Origin: Sporopachydermia quercuum | Lineage: Eukaryota | DNA: 64,000 bases | NCBI GenBank assembly: GCA_001599295.1 | Contig: BCGN01000004.1 | Location: 1,058,138 to 1,122,137, forward strand | Direction of reading: 5' to 3' | In this document: piece after piece, positions 37,044 to 48,555 of the stretch | Layout of the letters: every line of letters starts with the position of its first letter | Numbering within the stretch: position 1 is the stretch's first letter | Made by a program: the position numbers and the translations under genes | Notes under the pieces: model-generated | The model's input: the letters and a program-made list of their open reading frames with translations, nothing else | What the model was told of the DNA's origin: nothing | Databases searched by the model: none

Positions 37044-38078
37044 ATGGGTTCAAGCGCTTCTAAGGCAGCCAAACAAACAGGGCGCAAACTAACGAGTGAT
37101 CATTTGTCTCATGCAAGTAAGTTGAGTAACAAGACTCAAGTAAATCTTACTGAGAAAATAGTTCTGGAACCAGGCAAGGCACAAGCAAGTGAACCAGCAC
37201 CTGAAGTGCAGCTGAAAGATGACTTTGATCCAAAGCTTGTTAATAATCTAACCAAATTGGGTACCGTACAGTTTAATGAGATCAAAATGAACTTTGACGA
37301 GAACGTATGTTGAAATGGCTTTGAAACAGTTTCTTTTTTTGTTCATGTTGTGGGGGGTTTCTAACATATATTTTAGAGCGAGACTTTGCAAATGTTACGT
37401 AGCAGGAAGAAGCAATCACAAGACGCTGAAAGAGAACAGGAATTAGACAATGAAGTAAGACCGGGAGTATCAAGGACTCTACTGCATACGAGCGAAGTTT
37501 CAAGCCTTATTGAAGATTTGAAGCGGGGAATGTCAAAAGAAGAAATTAAGAGCTACTATCAAATTGACGATAACTTTCTTCAAAGGTTGGGCATGAGATT
37601 TTCAGTTCCACCAGCAGCAAAAGGTTTCAAAACACAAGGACAGCGATATCATAGTGGAGAGGATATTTTTAATACTACTGTTGATGAGGATAAAGGATTA
37701 ACGGAGGATGCNGCAACAAAGCTAGCTGGAGTGGAAGTCGACACAGTGATGGAATCATCTAAGAAGTATTTTGCTATGTCTGAGGATAAGAAAACAGAAC
37801 CAAGACATAGTTCTACAGCTCAAAGCACTTCAGCAAGAAATGGTACTCCACAGTCATCAGAACACACTAATAATAGCGTGGAACCAAACAGTCCTATAGT
37901 AGACAAGTTTGAACAGCAGAGGAAGAAACTTTTGTCAGAACTACGTGCCACCCCTGAACAGCGAAGTAAAGTGTATCGAAAGAAGATGGAGGAATCAAAG
38001 AAGAAGCCCGTAAAACCAGAGACTATTGTTGCTTCCTTAGAAGCTCTGATCGAGAATACTGAGAAAAAAAAGGAGTGA
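37044..38078 (+). CDS. Uncharacterised protein with N-terminal myristoylation-like motif, 2 exons (37044-37304, 37377-38078)
   Basis: Starts MGSSAS. The 72-nt phase-0 intron GTATGT..TTCTAAC..TAG joins the two ORF-track fragments in frame. Confidence 0.75.
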
Positions 38079-38430
38079 ATGATGCTTCAATATCTTAATA
38101 GCCATCAAAACATTCCTTGAGGAACATAACATGCAATGCTACCCATTAGGATCTAATGCGAGCATTAGATCTTTGATTTGGGGTCATTTAACAATTCTTT
38201 TGATAAAGGATTTTAATTAATATAAATCATGTACAGAGAAATTTAATTTCATTATAATCAATAGGATTTGAGGGCTATCAATTCGTAATATGTTTCAATC
38301 ACAATAAGCAATAAAAAGCAAAAATAAATACGTACATACATACAAAAGCCGGAGAATCTATACAATCTTTACTTTAACAAACATAAAAGCATAAACAAAT
38401 CCCAATTTCTATAGCGTAAATAGTCATTCT

Positions 38431-39858
38431 TTAGCTTGTGAAAATAAACGAAACGCTTACTATGAAAACTCCTACAAATACCCATGCTATGGTGAATCTT
38501 TGACTAGCTCCAAAAGCTAAAGCAGATGCAAACATTTGTAGACCAATAGTTGTAAGAAAACCTGCAGTAATAGCTACGAGCATACCATAAGCTACTGCAG
38601 TGTCTTGTTCAGGAACTCTACCATCTTCGCCAAAGATCAGCCATGCTAAAATACCACCCAGTGGTTGTGATAATCCTCCTAATACCACTGTACAAAGGAT
38701 ACTTTTGAGTCTACTTGACAGAGCAAGAAACAATGGAACTGCTATAGTAAAACCCTCACAGAAGTTGTGAATAGCCAACGAGGCGAAGACAGAAAATCCT
38801 AATGAGGGTTTAGCATGTGAAGTAGCAAATGTCATGAACCCTTCGGGAATTTTATGGAGTGTGATTGCTAATGCAGTTTGTAAACCTATTGAAAATAGTC
38901 TGGATGAAGGAGATAGGATATGATGATGGTGATCTTGAGTAATTCCTCCTTCGATATCTTTATGGCAAAGATCGGAAATTTGAGAATCTGACGAATAACC
39001 AACTTCAGTTTGCGATTCCGAATCATCCGGAATAGGTTCCAATGACCCACCGGGCTTTTGGTGATGATGGTGGTTTTGACTAGAATGTAGAGGATGTGAT
39101 TTTTGCTTACATTTATGTTGATAGATAATTCCGCTTTGTTCAATATAAGGATAGTTAACCTGGTGCATTTCACATGACTCAATTGAAGTATAACCCATAC
39201 ACTTTCCCATATTAATTTTTTTCTTTAAGGCGGCATCGGTAATATCAGCTAAGGACTCATGTCGTGCTATCACGTCAATTATACTGTTTTTCCTAGTTAG
39301 AAGAGGAGTTGATTCGTGGGCAGGAATGACATCAGAGGCAACCGTATGAACTGAAATGGTTCTGTCAGCATTGTCATCAGGGTATGAAGACTCTCGCTGT
39401 GTATTATCATCAGATTCAGATTCATGATCATGGTCATGACCTTCTTCATGTTCGTGAGCACAATGCACAATTGATTGCGAAGTAAATGCGTGTATTACTG
39501 CATTAAATACAGAACATACAGCAACACCAACAAAATAAAACCCAAACAACGAAGCATTGATAGATATTGATTTGCCATTTAATTGTTCTGCTTTAGAAAA
39601 GTAATGTAAAGATTCCGGTAACAGTTTGAACATTGATGTGAATAATAGAGATCCTGCGCTTAAACTCAAACTGGCCGTGAGAAATTTGTGGTTGTTTTGT
39701 AGATCTAAAGGATGCCTCTTTGAAAGGTCAGGAAACAATTTATCGTAGATAACATCAACTGTAATGACAAAACTGCCTAATACGCACATCAAACTAGATG
39801 CCCCTATCAGGAGCCATCCTTCTTCATCATTTGTTAAATCTGTATAGACAGTAATCAT
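38431..39858 (-). CDS. ZRT3: ZIP-family vacuolar zinc transporter
   Basis: AITLHKIPEG and AIHNFCEG metal-binding helices, His-rich loop, multiple TM segments, upstream ZRE-like site. Confidence 0.9.
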   Translation of the reverse strand: MITVYTDLTNDEEGWLLIGASSLMCVLGSFVITVDVIYDKLFPDLSKRHPLDLQNNHKFLTASLSLSAGSLLFTSMFKLLPESLHYFSKAEQLNGKSISINASLFGFYFVGVAVCSVFNAVIHAFTSQSIVHCAHEHEEGHDHDHESESDDNTQRESSYPDDNADRTISVHTVASDVIPAHESTPLLTRKNSIIDVIARHESLADITDAALKKKINMGKCMGYTSIESCEMHQVNYPYIEQSGIIYQHKCKQKSHPLHSSQNHHHHQKPGGSLEPIPDDSESQTEVGYSSDSQISDLCHKDIEGGITQDHHHHILSPSSRLFSIGLQTALAITLHKIPEGFMTFATSHAKPSLGFSVFASLAIHNFCEGFTIAVPLFLALSSRLKSILCTVVLGGLSQPLGGILAWLIFGEDGRVPEQDTAVAYGMLVAITAGFLTTIGLQMFASALAFGASQRFTIAWVFVGVFIVSVSFIFTS

Positions 39859-40197
39859 CTTGCTCGGTTGAAAGTAATCTGGTNCAACGCAGTACTGATG
39901 CTACACTTCTGATTCAACTAATAGTGTAGAGTACAGGCGAAACTCTCAACTCTTTGAACGAGTTCTAATATTATTAGTATATAGAGCTGCTAGACGTAAT
40001 CCTTATCACAGCCATGAGGAATGGGAGTGTAAAAGCCTTTGTCCTAGTTCAATAACTACTAAACGTTCTATAGTCTCTCCAAAACTAGTTTCTTCAATTA
40101 CGATTTATGAAAGTAATTATAACACGGATCTATATACTCATGACACACTACTACTGCTTCGTTGCGTATCGCCTGAAATCTTGATAACGCCTCAAAT

Positions 40198-40208
40198 ACC
40201 TTGGAGGT
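40198..40208. promoter_or_regulatory. Zap1 zinc-responsive element-like site
   Basis: ACCTTGGAGGT (consensus ACCTTNAAGGT, 1 mismatch), 340 bp upstream of the ZRT3 ATG. Confidence 0.65.
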
Positions 40209-41216
40209 GTTTAAATTAATTCACAGCTTGCGACACCTTACATGTGATCTCATGAAGAAAAGTTATTTGCAATATGCATGCCACATGCAGTTTCGTGCAC
40301 ATTGTGGAAAGTTTTGGAAAACTGTACCAAGGTTGAATCACAGCAACAGTGAGGAAAAAAGTTTCGATCAACCTGAGTAAAACAATTTTCAAACGAACAA
40401 TAAAGTATTCAAACAACCCAAACTACAATTAAACAGATTAATTAGAAAGTAGTAGTTGATAACTAAACTAAGTATTATCTATTAAAAGCCTACAAATATG
40501 TTTGAGCTCATATTAGATCAGAAGATCAATCTATGTAAAACACTGTGATAGAGTTAGTAACAATTCTTCCATAACATCTCGTGAAGACGAGAGTTTTTTA
40601 AACGGAACTTGGAAAGAATATTGAGAGTTTCAGAGCTTTCTACTATCTTGGATGGTTGATCAACATATACTCGTTCAGTTGTCCCTATCTATAAAAGTTC
40701 ATCATTTAATCTCTATATCTTCTTTTCCAGTTCAAATTCATTGAAAACTTACCTATTCTACTAAAAAAATTGATTCTCCCCAAGCAAATAGACGAATTAA
40801 GTGACTTCAAATAAGGGATTCCTCTTCATGAATTTTGGCTNAACAACAACTGGGTTCGAGCATGGAAAAAAAATTTAAGGAAAAACAACAAAGAAGAAAG
40901 GTAGAAGGCAAGGAGTGCTTGAATGAATAAAAGCAAAGTTTCTTCACTGGGTACTCCAAGATATCTACCGAACCCCCCCAAAATTTAACTGTTTAGGTGA
41001 TCAACATTTACAAAATTTATATCGGGCTGTCAAGTGAGCTAACTATTTGATTTGATTCATTTACTGCTAATTATGATTTGAACAAAACTACAATATAAGA
41101 AAAAAAAGATATACCTAACCAATGATTATCAAGAAGAAAGCAAAAATTTCAAAATACCAATTTACGTATAGATGAATTGATTGAAAGGAATGAGGGTGCA
41201 ATAGCCCTGATTACTC

Positions 41217-42443
41217 CTATTGAGGCGTTTCACTAGCCGCTGATAGCCTTTTGGCTTGTGCTAGTTTCTCTTCCATTTCTTTCAATTGCCTTTCCCTTTC
41301 TAAAAGTTCTTGTCGTTTAGCTATCAGATCCCTTTGAACTCTTTCTTCAAACAGTCGTAATCGTTCTTCCTCCAATCTAATTTGCTCTTCTCTTGCCATA
41401 TAAGCGTCACTATTGGGTTGAGGTGAATTCACACTTATATCATCGACTGTAGTATTGTCGCCAGTTTTGGCACTATTTGAAGTTGTACTTGTAGCTGCGG
41501 AGGCAGACTCAGATTTTGAGCTGGAACTAAGTTTCACTTCTCCACTCAAAGCATCTGTTCTATATTTCTCATACAGTATTTCATGAGTATATTCTTTAAG
41601 ATCTTGTAGATGAGAAATAAGCAAAGCATTTCTCANTGGGGTGAAATCACACATAGTTGAATCATCAATATCAACATATCCCCAAGGATAAGTTCTTGCT
41701 CTTATTTTAAGCCCCGATGAGTTTTCAATGATTTCATTGCTTCCAACAACAGCAAATGGCAGAAGTGATCTTAGTATGGAATTTGCATTGATTGATTCCT
41801 CATCATCAACCTCGGGATCAAATGGGAATGAGTAGATTGGGATTTCATAATGTTTGATATCTTCCATGATCAGCTTCTTCAAAGAAGTTAGCTCCTTGGG
41901 CAATAAAGAATCAGCTTTACTAATCACGGGGATGATATTGACATATTTACCCAATTTTTTCATAACCTCAACATCAATTTCTCTCAAACCGTGCCCAGTG
42001 GGTACAATAAAATAAACCAAGGCATGAACCCTTCCATCTTTAAATCTTGGATTACGCCTTACCCTTGATTCTTCCATCAAGATTTCATCAAATTTCTTGG
42101 TAATGTACTCCTCTATTATTCCAAAATTGTCTTCATTATCTAAATTATCCCCAAAACCTGGTGTATCAATAATATTCAAACTGATTCTTACTCCTTCATC
42201 ATCTTCCAGTTCGACCGATTGTTCCCTTAGATCTAAATCAATATCCTTTCCTGCTTCCTCTGCCTCGGGAATAGTACTGCTGCATTCTACCACTTCTTTA
42301 CCACATAATGTATTAATAAATGTCGATCTTCCCGTTCCTGATTGGCCAACAACCATTATAGTAAACTGAATACCTTTCTTCAAAGTCTTCTTCTTTCGAA
42401 GAGCTGCTGATGATGTCAGCAAAGGTGATTCAACAGTGCTCAT
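41217..42443 (-). CDS. CDC11: Septin Cdc11
   Basis: GQSGTGRSTFINTL (Arg in the P-loop, as in Cdc11), DTPGFGD, SKAD, RTYPWG and a C-terminal coiled coil. Confidence 0.92.
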   Translation of the reverse strand: MSTVESPLLTSSAALRKKKTLKKGIQFTIMVVGQSGTGRSTFINTLCGKEVVECSSTIPEAEEAGKDIDLDLREQSVELEDDEGVRISLNIIDTPGFGDNLDNEDNFGIIEEYITKKFDEILMEESRVRRNPRFKDGRVHALVYFIVPTGHGLREIDVEVMKKLGKYVNIIPVISKADSLLPKELTSLKKLIMEDIKHYEIPIYSFPFDPEVDDEESINANSILRSLLPFAVVGSNEIIENSSGLKIRARTYPWGYVDIDDSTMCDFTPXRNALLISHLQDLKEYTHEILYEKYRTDALSGEVKLSSSSKSESASAATSTTSNSAKTGDNTTVDDISVNSPQPNSDAYMAREEQIRLEEERLRLFEERVQRDLIAKRQELLERERQLKEMEEKLAQAKRLSAASETPQ

Positions 42444-42660
42444 GGTTATTCTATAATCCCTTATAATTCTTTAATTGGCACCACAGAATATCTATACTTC
42501 AATTGTTCGTTGATCAATCCCACCTAATAATAAACGGATTCAAAATTGCAGTTATCTTGATATCTAAGATCTTTTTTTATTTTTATTCATTCATGTTGTG
42601 ATTTATGCATTTCTATCATCAAAAATGCCATTCTTTCGAGATGTTTTTGGTGGTTTTCCT

Positions 42661-42997
42661 TTTCGTGAAGTTTCAATCACGTTTCGTAATTGACTTTTAT
42701 TCTGTCAAGATCGTCTTGGACGCGTTTGACGGGTAAACATTAGATCACATGATTAAACAGGAAATTCTATCCAACTGTTGACCGACCTATAACTCGGAGA
42801 CAATAATATAATATTATTTCCACTATTTCAATAGTAGAATACCAGTAGCTAAACATAAAATCATTTAGTAATAATTGATACATCATAAATTAGGTGTTTT
42901 ATTGTCAAAATGAAAATTTATTCCTTTTATTAATCGTTAAATAATATGGTTAATTATATATTAGGCTTATTGTTGCTTTATGAAAAAGCTGACGCGT
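42661..42997. promoter_or_regulatory. G1/S cell-cycle elements upstream of CDC11
   Basis: SCB TTTCGTG at 42661; MCB ACGCGT at 42720 and 42992; CGGGTAA/GTAAACA overlap at 42730-42739. Confidence 0.55.
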
Positions 42998-43131
42998 AGT
43001 TACTCAGGCCATGTGCCATTATCGAACCATGAATACTCAATTACCTTTCTCAGTCGAAATAGATCAAACCAAACCCATCTCCAAAGTGTTAGATTTAAAT
43101 TTTCAATGTTCCACCTCCCAACTAATATAAC

Positions 43132-46100
43132 TCATGCCCCTGAGCTGCCAAACTGACCTGCCCATTTCTCAAACTCCTTCAAACTTTCGTTACCGACACT
43201 TGCCCTGATATGCTTTAAACTATTTCTGAAGTCCTTGAATTGGATTGGTCGAATGACATCTGTTGCCACAGATAACAAATTTTCTCCTAGTTCTCTGATT
43301 GGTCCCATAGCAGCATCTTTTGCTAACGCTGTAAGATCAGATCCAGAAAACCCTTCAGTCAGTTCAATCAACTCAATAAATTCTTGGTTAGATAGTTCAT
43401 GTTTTTGATGCTTCAACAAATTCCTTAACTGCACTTCCCTTGTTTCTGGTTCCGGTAGAGGTATATATTGTCTTCTTGCGAATCTTCTTCTTGCTGCTTC
43501 GTCAATTGCCCACGGAAGATTGGTGGCAGCTAAAACTAATACACGATTATCTTGAGTGGTCACTTCTCTTCCTGCTGCTGCTCGTGAAAGTTCACTCCAT
43601 TGAACTAAGAATTCTGTTTTCACTCTACGTGTTGATTCATGTTCACTATCGCCTCTTGTTCCCATAATCGAGTCAATCTCGTCTACAAATATAATCGAAG
43701 GAGCAAATGCTTTTGCTAAGGCAAACAAAGCGCGTACTAATTTTTCACTTTCACCCATCCATTTACTCATTAAACTACTAGAACTAATGGCAAAAAAAGT
43801 ACTTTTACTTTCTGTAGCAACTGCTCTCGCGAGCATAGTCTTACCTGTACCTGGAGGACCAAATAATAGCATGCCACGGATCGGTTCTCTAAGACCAAGG
43901 AATAGATCTGGACGTAGAAAAGGATAAACCACAGCTTCTTTCAATGAATTTTTTGCTTCTTCTAGACCTGCAATATCTGACCAATAAACATCATCACCAT
44001 GAATAACAACATCTTGAAGGATTTGGCTTGCAGCATCAGAATCGATGTTGAGAGTCGGAATAAGTTCTTTGGCCTTTCGATTGAACTCTTCTGCAGGGTC
44101 AATAACTTTCTCTTCCACCTTAGATTCTTGTATACTTTCACTCTCAGTATCTGGTTCAGCATCAACATTTTCAAAGGAAGTACCCTTTGAGTTTTCCTGT
44201 GATAAAACTTTCGGTGCACTGGAATGCTTAGGAAAAGTTTTTGAGGATGTCTTATTTGCGAAAGATGTGCGCGTAGATGTCACTGAGGATTTATCTACAG
44301 TTACCGGTTTAGCTTGAGTTGAGCCTGTTGTAGATTTAGCAATAGTCGTTTTAGTAGAGGAACTGGGCACAGCTTTTTTAACAGTTTTCTTCACTGGGAT
44401 TGATGAACATGAGGACTTTGCACTTGTTGAAGGTTGAGATGTTGGCGTTAATTTAGTTTGATTTACTGGGGATGTCGTTTTCTTTATAAGCTTTTGACTG
44501 CTCACTTTGGTTGAAGGCGCCGCCCTTGCTGTAGTAGGCTTTGCAACCACTTTGACAACGGGCTTAAGAGCCGGTCTAACAGTAGGCTTTACTGTAGTTT
44601 TGACAGCAGGTTTAACAACAGGCTTCACGACATGCTTGACAGGTTTGATCACAGGTTTAGTCATTGCTTTCGAAACTGGCTTTACTGTCGTCCGAGGAGT
44701 CGCTGCATCAATTGATTTCCGAGTTGCAGTTAAACTATTTGTATTTAACATACTACTAGATCTAGATGAATAAGCACTAGCAGGGACTTCTATACCAGCA
44801 TGCTTTCTATGCTTTGGTTTCTGCTTCAAAGGAGTATTCCTAAGAGTAGTTAGAAATTGTCGTTTGGGCTGATAATCACTCAAAGAATTAGAATTGCTGA
44901 AACTATCAGACCCATTTGTAATAGCCTTTGATAACTTATTATCAGATGATTGTGCTGTTGAAGATTTAATCAAAGAAGGTCTTTCACTAGATTTGGGTTT
45001 GACTGCAGGGAGATCCATTTTATCAGGCTCGTTACTGAAACAATTGTCATCATTCACAGTGGTTTTCAACGAGTGTACTGTTGAATTGAGAGCTGCCGAT
45101 CTTTCTATTTGATTGCCATATGTTCCTTGTGTTATATCATCAAGATTAGTGTGATTGTTACTAACGTTGTCGATATGAACTCCAAAGAAGCCTCCACCTT
45201 CTTCTTCTTTGACTCCAAACTTTGCTGCTGGAGATTGTGGTGAGACGCTCTTTTCTAATCGAATCATTTCGTCTAACTCATTATGAGACAATGTCAAAGA
45301 AGATCTTGATCGTACTTCAAGATCAGACAATGAAGTCGAAGTTCCAGACAAGTCAATCAAGTCATTTTTATTATTATTGTCATATTCTTCTTCTTCGTAT
45401 TTCTCAATCTCATCGTCTGAATCATCATAATTTATGGGTTCTATCTTTTTCAGTAAATCAACAGTTTTCGGTATAGGTGGGATTACAGGTAAAGAATTAG
45501 ACCGATAATCATTATGTTTTTCGTCTTGCAATGGTGTTGAGTCTTGCACTCGATATGGGGAAACTGGCTGGGACTGATATGTAGTACTTGAGGGCAGGGA
45601 TCTTGCAAAATAAGTTTCTCTATTTTCACGCTGGATATTAATCACCGGTGGAGAAACATGTGCTGATTTTTGAATAGTAATAGATGGTACAGGTTTAGTA
45701 AAGTAGAATGTATCATCTGATGTATCATCCGACGGGTCAGAAGGGTATCCTGCTGCCGTGGATAATTGTGGAGGCAGAGAAGGAGGTAGAGGCAAATGAG
45801 ACGCTAGTGCTGGTGTATTATTGAATTTATTAGTCGCTGCTTGACCTGGTGAGGACATGTGTGCTGGTTTTAGTGGAATAACAGGTTTTGATGTTTTGTG
45901 TTTTTCTGCAGATGATACAGATGAATATTTTTGGGAAGGTATCTGTAATTGAGAATCACGCTTATCAACACATGCAGGTGAATTAAGAGGTTTCAGAACT
46001 GAATATTCTTCCAAAAATTTGTTCTTTTGGCGATTAATGCTGTTAGCTAAAATAGGTGATGATTCGCCATAGAGAGAATATAAATCATCGATGTCACTAT

Positions 46101-46911
46101 TTCTCTTTCCTTCTATCATCGCTGCTTGATGGCTATTAAATGATTGTTGATTATTGCTATATACTGGTGAGCTTGTTGAGGTAAATTTTGACAAAGAAGT
46201 ACTAACCGGAGGGGGTAACCCACGACGACTGTCATAATCAGATTGATCAGAGCGTCTTCTTGATGGAATCTTATCAAAAGAATATTTTCTACCAGGATCT
46301 AATGGTGATACATGTATAGATCCTCTAGGTCCAATAAGAGTTTTATCATCCGGATTGATGACAACATTATCTGCTGATCGAGAAGTTTGAAAAATACCAC
46401 CAGCAACTCTTGCATTTCTTAGAGAATTACTTGAACTTGATCCGGGTGTTCTAGTACTAGTTAATGAACCAGTGCTCATATTTGAGCTCACATGGTGATT
46501 ATGAATAATATTCCTACTTGATGATCCATTGTACTCAGGTCTTTTTCGAAGGGGATACCTCACGTTTGAGGGTTGATGGATATTATTATTAGAAGAATTG
46601 CGTTCATGAGAATTGAAGTTGACACTATTATTCGACAACTTACCAATAAGATTATTTGTTTGATTTATCGCTTGATATTCAATATCCTTGATAGAATTAT
46701 ATGTTTCTAAATTCTTTGCTGAAAGTTGGGTTGCGATTATGTCTTGCAAACCATTCTGTACTCGATCCTGTACATTCTGCCAAATTGTTAGAGCCTCAGA
46801 GTACGATTTTTGAATCTCTAAATAAATTGCTCTTTGAGATTCAGCTACTAATAGATCAAGTAGACTATCCAACCTTTGTCTAACGATTGTACTATGATAG
46901 TAAGGATCCAT
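43132..46911 (-). CDS. Spastin/fidgetin-clade AAA ATPase (Sap1/Yta6-like)
   Basis: [32 protein letters not shown] and a Vps4_C-like end; possible MIT-like N-terminal helices; ~900-aa disordered linker. Confidence 0.92.
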   Translation of the reverse strand: MDPYYHSTIVRQRLDSLLDLLVAESQRAIYLEIQKSYSEALTIWQNVQDRVQNGLQDIIATQLSAKNLETYNSIKDIEYQAINQTNNLIGKLSNNSVNFNSHERNSSNNNIHQPSNVRYPLRKRPEYNGSSSRNIIHNHHVSSNMSTGSLTSTRTPGSSSSNSLRNARVAGGIFQTSRSADNVVINPDDKTLIGPRGSIHVSPLDPGRKYSFDKIPSRRRSDQSDYDSRRGLPPPVSTSLSKFTSTSSPVYSNNQQSFNSHQAAMIEGKRNSDIDDLYSLYGESSPILANSINRQKNKFLEEYSVLKPLNSPACVDKRDSQLQIPSQKYSSVSSAEKHKTSKPVIPLKPAHMSSPGQAATNKFNNTPALASHLPLPPSLPPQLSTAAGYPSDPSDDTSDDTFYFTKPVPSITIQKSAHVSPPVINIQRENRETYFARSLPSSTTYQSQPVSPYRVQDSTPLQDEKHNDYRSNSLPVIPPIPKTVDLLKKIEPINYDDSDDEIEKYEEEEYDNNNKNDLIDLSGTSTSLSDLEVRSRSSLTLSHNELDEMIRLEKSVSPQSPAAKFGVKEEEGGGFFGVHIDNVSNNHTNLDDITQGTYGNQIERSAALNSTVHSLKTTVNDDNCFSNEPDKMDLPAVKPKSSERPSLIKSSTAQSSDNKLSKAITNGSDSFSNSNSLSDYQPKRQFLTTLRNTPLKQKPKHRKHAGIEVPASAYSSRSSSMLNTNSLTATRKSIDAATPRTTVKPVSKAMTKPVIKPVKHVVKPVVKPAVKTTVKPTVRPALKPVVKVVAKPTTARAAPSTKVSSQKLIKKTTSPVNQTKLTPTSQPSTSAKSSCSSIPVKKTVKKAVPSSSTKTTIAKSTTGSTQAKPVTVDKSSVTSTRTSFANKTSSKTFPKHSSAPKVLSQENSKGTSFENVDAEPDTESESIQESKVEEKVIDPAEEFNRKAKELIPTLNIDSDAASQILQDVVIHGDDVYWSDIAGLEEAKNSLKEAVVYPFLRPDLFLGLREPIRGMLLFGPPGTGKTMLARAVATESKSTFFAISSSSLMSKWMGESEKLVRALFALAKAFAPSIIFVDEIDSIMGTRGDSEHESTRRVKTEFLVQWSELSRAAAGREVTTQDNRVLVLAATNLPWAIDEAARRRFARRQYIPLPEPETREVQLRNLLKHQKHELSNQEFIELIELTEGFSGSDLTALAKDAAMGPIRELGENLLSVATDVIRPIQFKDFRNSLKHIRASVGNESLKEFEKWAGQFGSSGA

Positions 46912-48191
46912 GGTTCTTTATGTTGTCATTAAGGCAAACAAAATCAGTTTGACGAGATCATATTTGATTTAGTTTTGGGCCACTTTTCAATAAGAAACAA
47001 CAGCGACAAACTGAATAATGACAAAAGTAACAAAGGTTAAGCTTCTAGTGCACTCTACTGATAATTTGACTTTTTTTATCACCAGATGTAGTTGATTCGA
47101 TTATGGATATAATGATAGTGCGTTTTCTAAAGCTTGCTCAACAAAGGGTAGTTATTTTTGCAATTTCCTTTCAGGAAGATAGGCCACTTGATCAATCAAG
47201 ACAACTAGTATAGAAGGTTAGTTACTATTTCAGAGAGATTAGAAATTCAATAGAAGCTTAAGATTCTCAAAAATTGTAAATAAAATGAATACTACGTTTT
47301 AGATCTTAGTTATTTAGAACCTATCCTAAAAAGTTATTTATAAGATTTACTTACTACAATATGATCAGACATGCCAAGGTGATAAATGTACTGTTAGGTG
47401 GGTATGACGAGAAGAGATATATGGTTTGAGTCCAGACAGCGAATATGACCTACTGCAGGAAGGCTGTAGTGTGAGTGCAAGTTTGATAACAACTGCCTAC
47501 AGAAATAAGCTCCGAATATATAATGGCTCCTGTTGGTTAACTGTGAATACAGGATGTTTATCAAATTATTGATGTACACTACAATATAGTTAGCTTTTCT
47601 GGGGTTTAAAAAGCGATCAGGCAATCACATCACATAGTAAGTGAAACGCGTTTACGAGAGATATGTGTTCAGTACACATTTGAAATGAAGAAAGCGGATT
47701 CTATCTAAATATCTTCATCATTATAGTAAAGAAAGTCTTCAATAATCAAGTTGTTGATAAACTGTGGATTTTAAGGTTGAAAAGACTACTGATATAGAGA
47801 CGTGGAATTTAATGACACTTTCGTGAGTAGCGAGTGACCGGTAAGTAAGTACCTGGGATCAGTGATGCCCGTCAAGGCTCAAACAATAAATGTAACATTT
47901 GAGCAAGCACCTCACTAGATTTCCGGATCAAAAAGACCGCTATATATACATTGCTATTTAGTATTTAAAATAAACTAGTAAACGAAATTAAGTTAATCGT
48001 CCCGATAACCTTCTGGAATTCATTCAAGTCTTTATCATTCTATGATTTCTTGCATGGTAGAATGTATTTAAAGATGCAAACGCCATAATCAATCTTTACA
48101 AATTTCCCAATTTGTACTGAGCCACAATTGCTGCTAAATATCACATCATCAGAAATCATTAGGATATATTATGTCAAGGATTATATACTGT

Positions 48192-48220
48192 CCATGTCAT
48201 GGCCATGTCATGGCCTGTCA
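48192..48220. repeat. Short tandem repeat (CCATGTCATGG)x2 plus a partial copy
   Basis: Directly visible; each unit is near-palindromic. Confidence 0.8.
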
Positions 48221-48555
48221 AGTGACATCTTGCTTTGGCGGGTAATCCACTAGAGTGAAAAATTACTTGAGTTATGGATTGTTGGTTTGTTCGAACGTTT
48301 GATGATCACAGCATGAGGATGATTATAACTCGAAAGAATAAATGTTCCAATCAAGATATATTAGCTTCAGCAGTGACATAGAAAGTGTAAAGCGCAACTT
48401 GGTTGTAAACGGTCTTATAATTAATTGCAACGCTTTAAAGTCGTCTGAACAATAGGCAATTTGTTCTGTTGCCTCGTTCACCGTACTATTTGTTTTTGCT
48501 TTTTTTTTGAAATCAGGGGTTTAAGTTCATCTAGATAGAATCAATATTTTGCAGA

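Noticed and set aside
40852..40865. GGTTCGA B-box-like words (here and at ~930, 1270, 2573)
   Set aside because: No cloverleaf, A-box or T-stem pairing; not tRNAs.
47810..47850. U1-like ACTTACC..TCACGAA on the minus strand
   Set aside because: Spacing is wrong, and the GATC loop, ATTGCAC loop and Sm site are missing.
48251..48452. U3/box C/D-like words (AGAGTGA, TTGATGA, GTCTGA)
   Set aside because: No U3 box A (GATCATTTCT) or box C', and no recognisable rRNA guide; the region is probably the TIM50 promoter/leader.
47812..48555. Possible upstream micro-exon ATGACACTTTC|GTGAGT spliced in frame to TIM50
   Set aside because: No CTAAC/CTGAC branch site near the CAG, and TIM50 already has a complete presequence.
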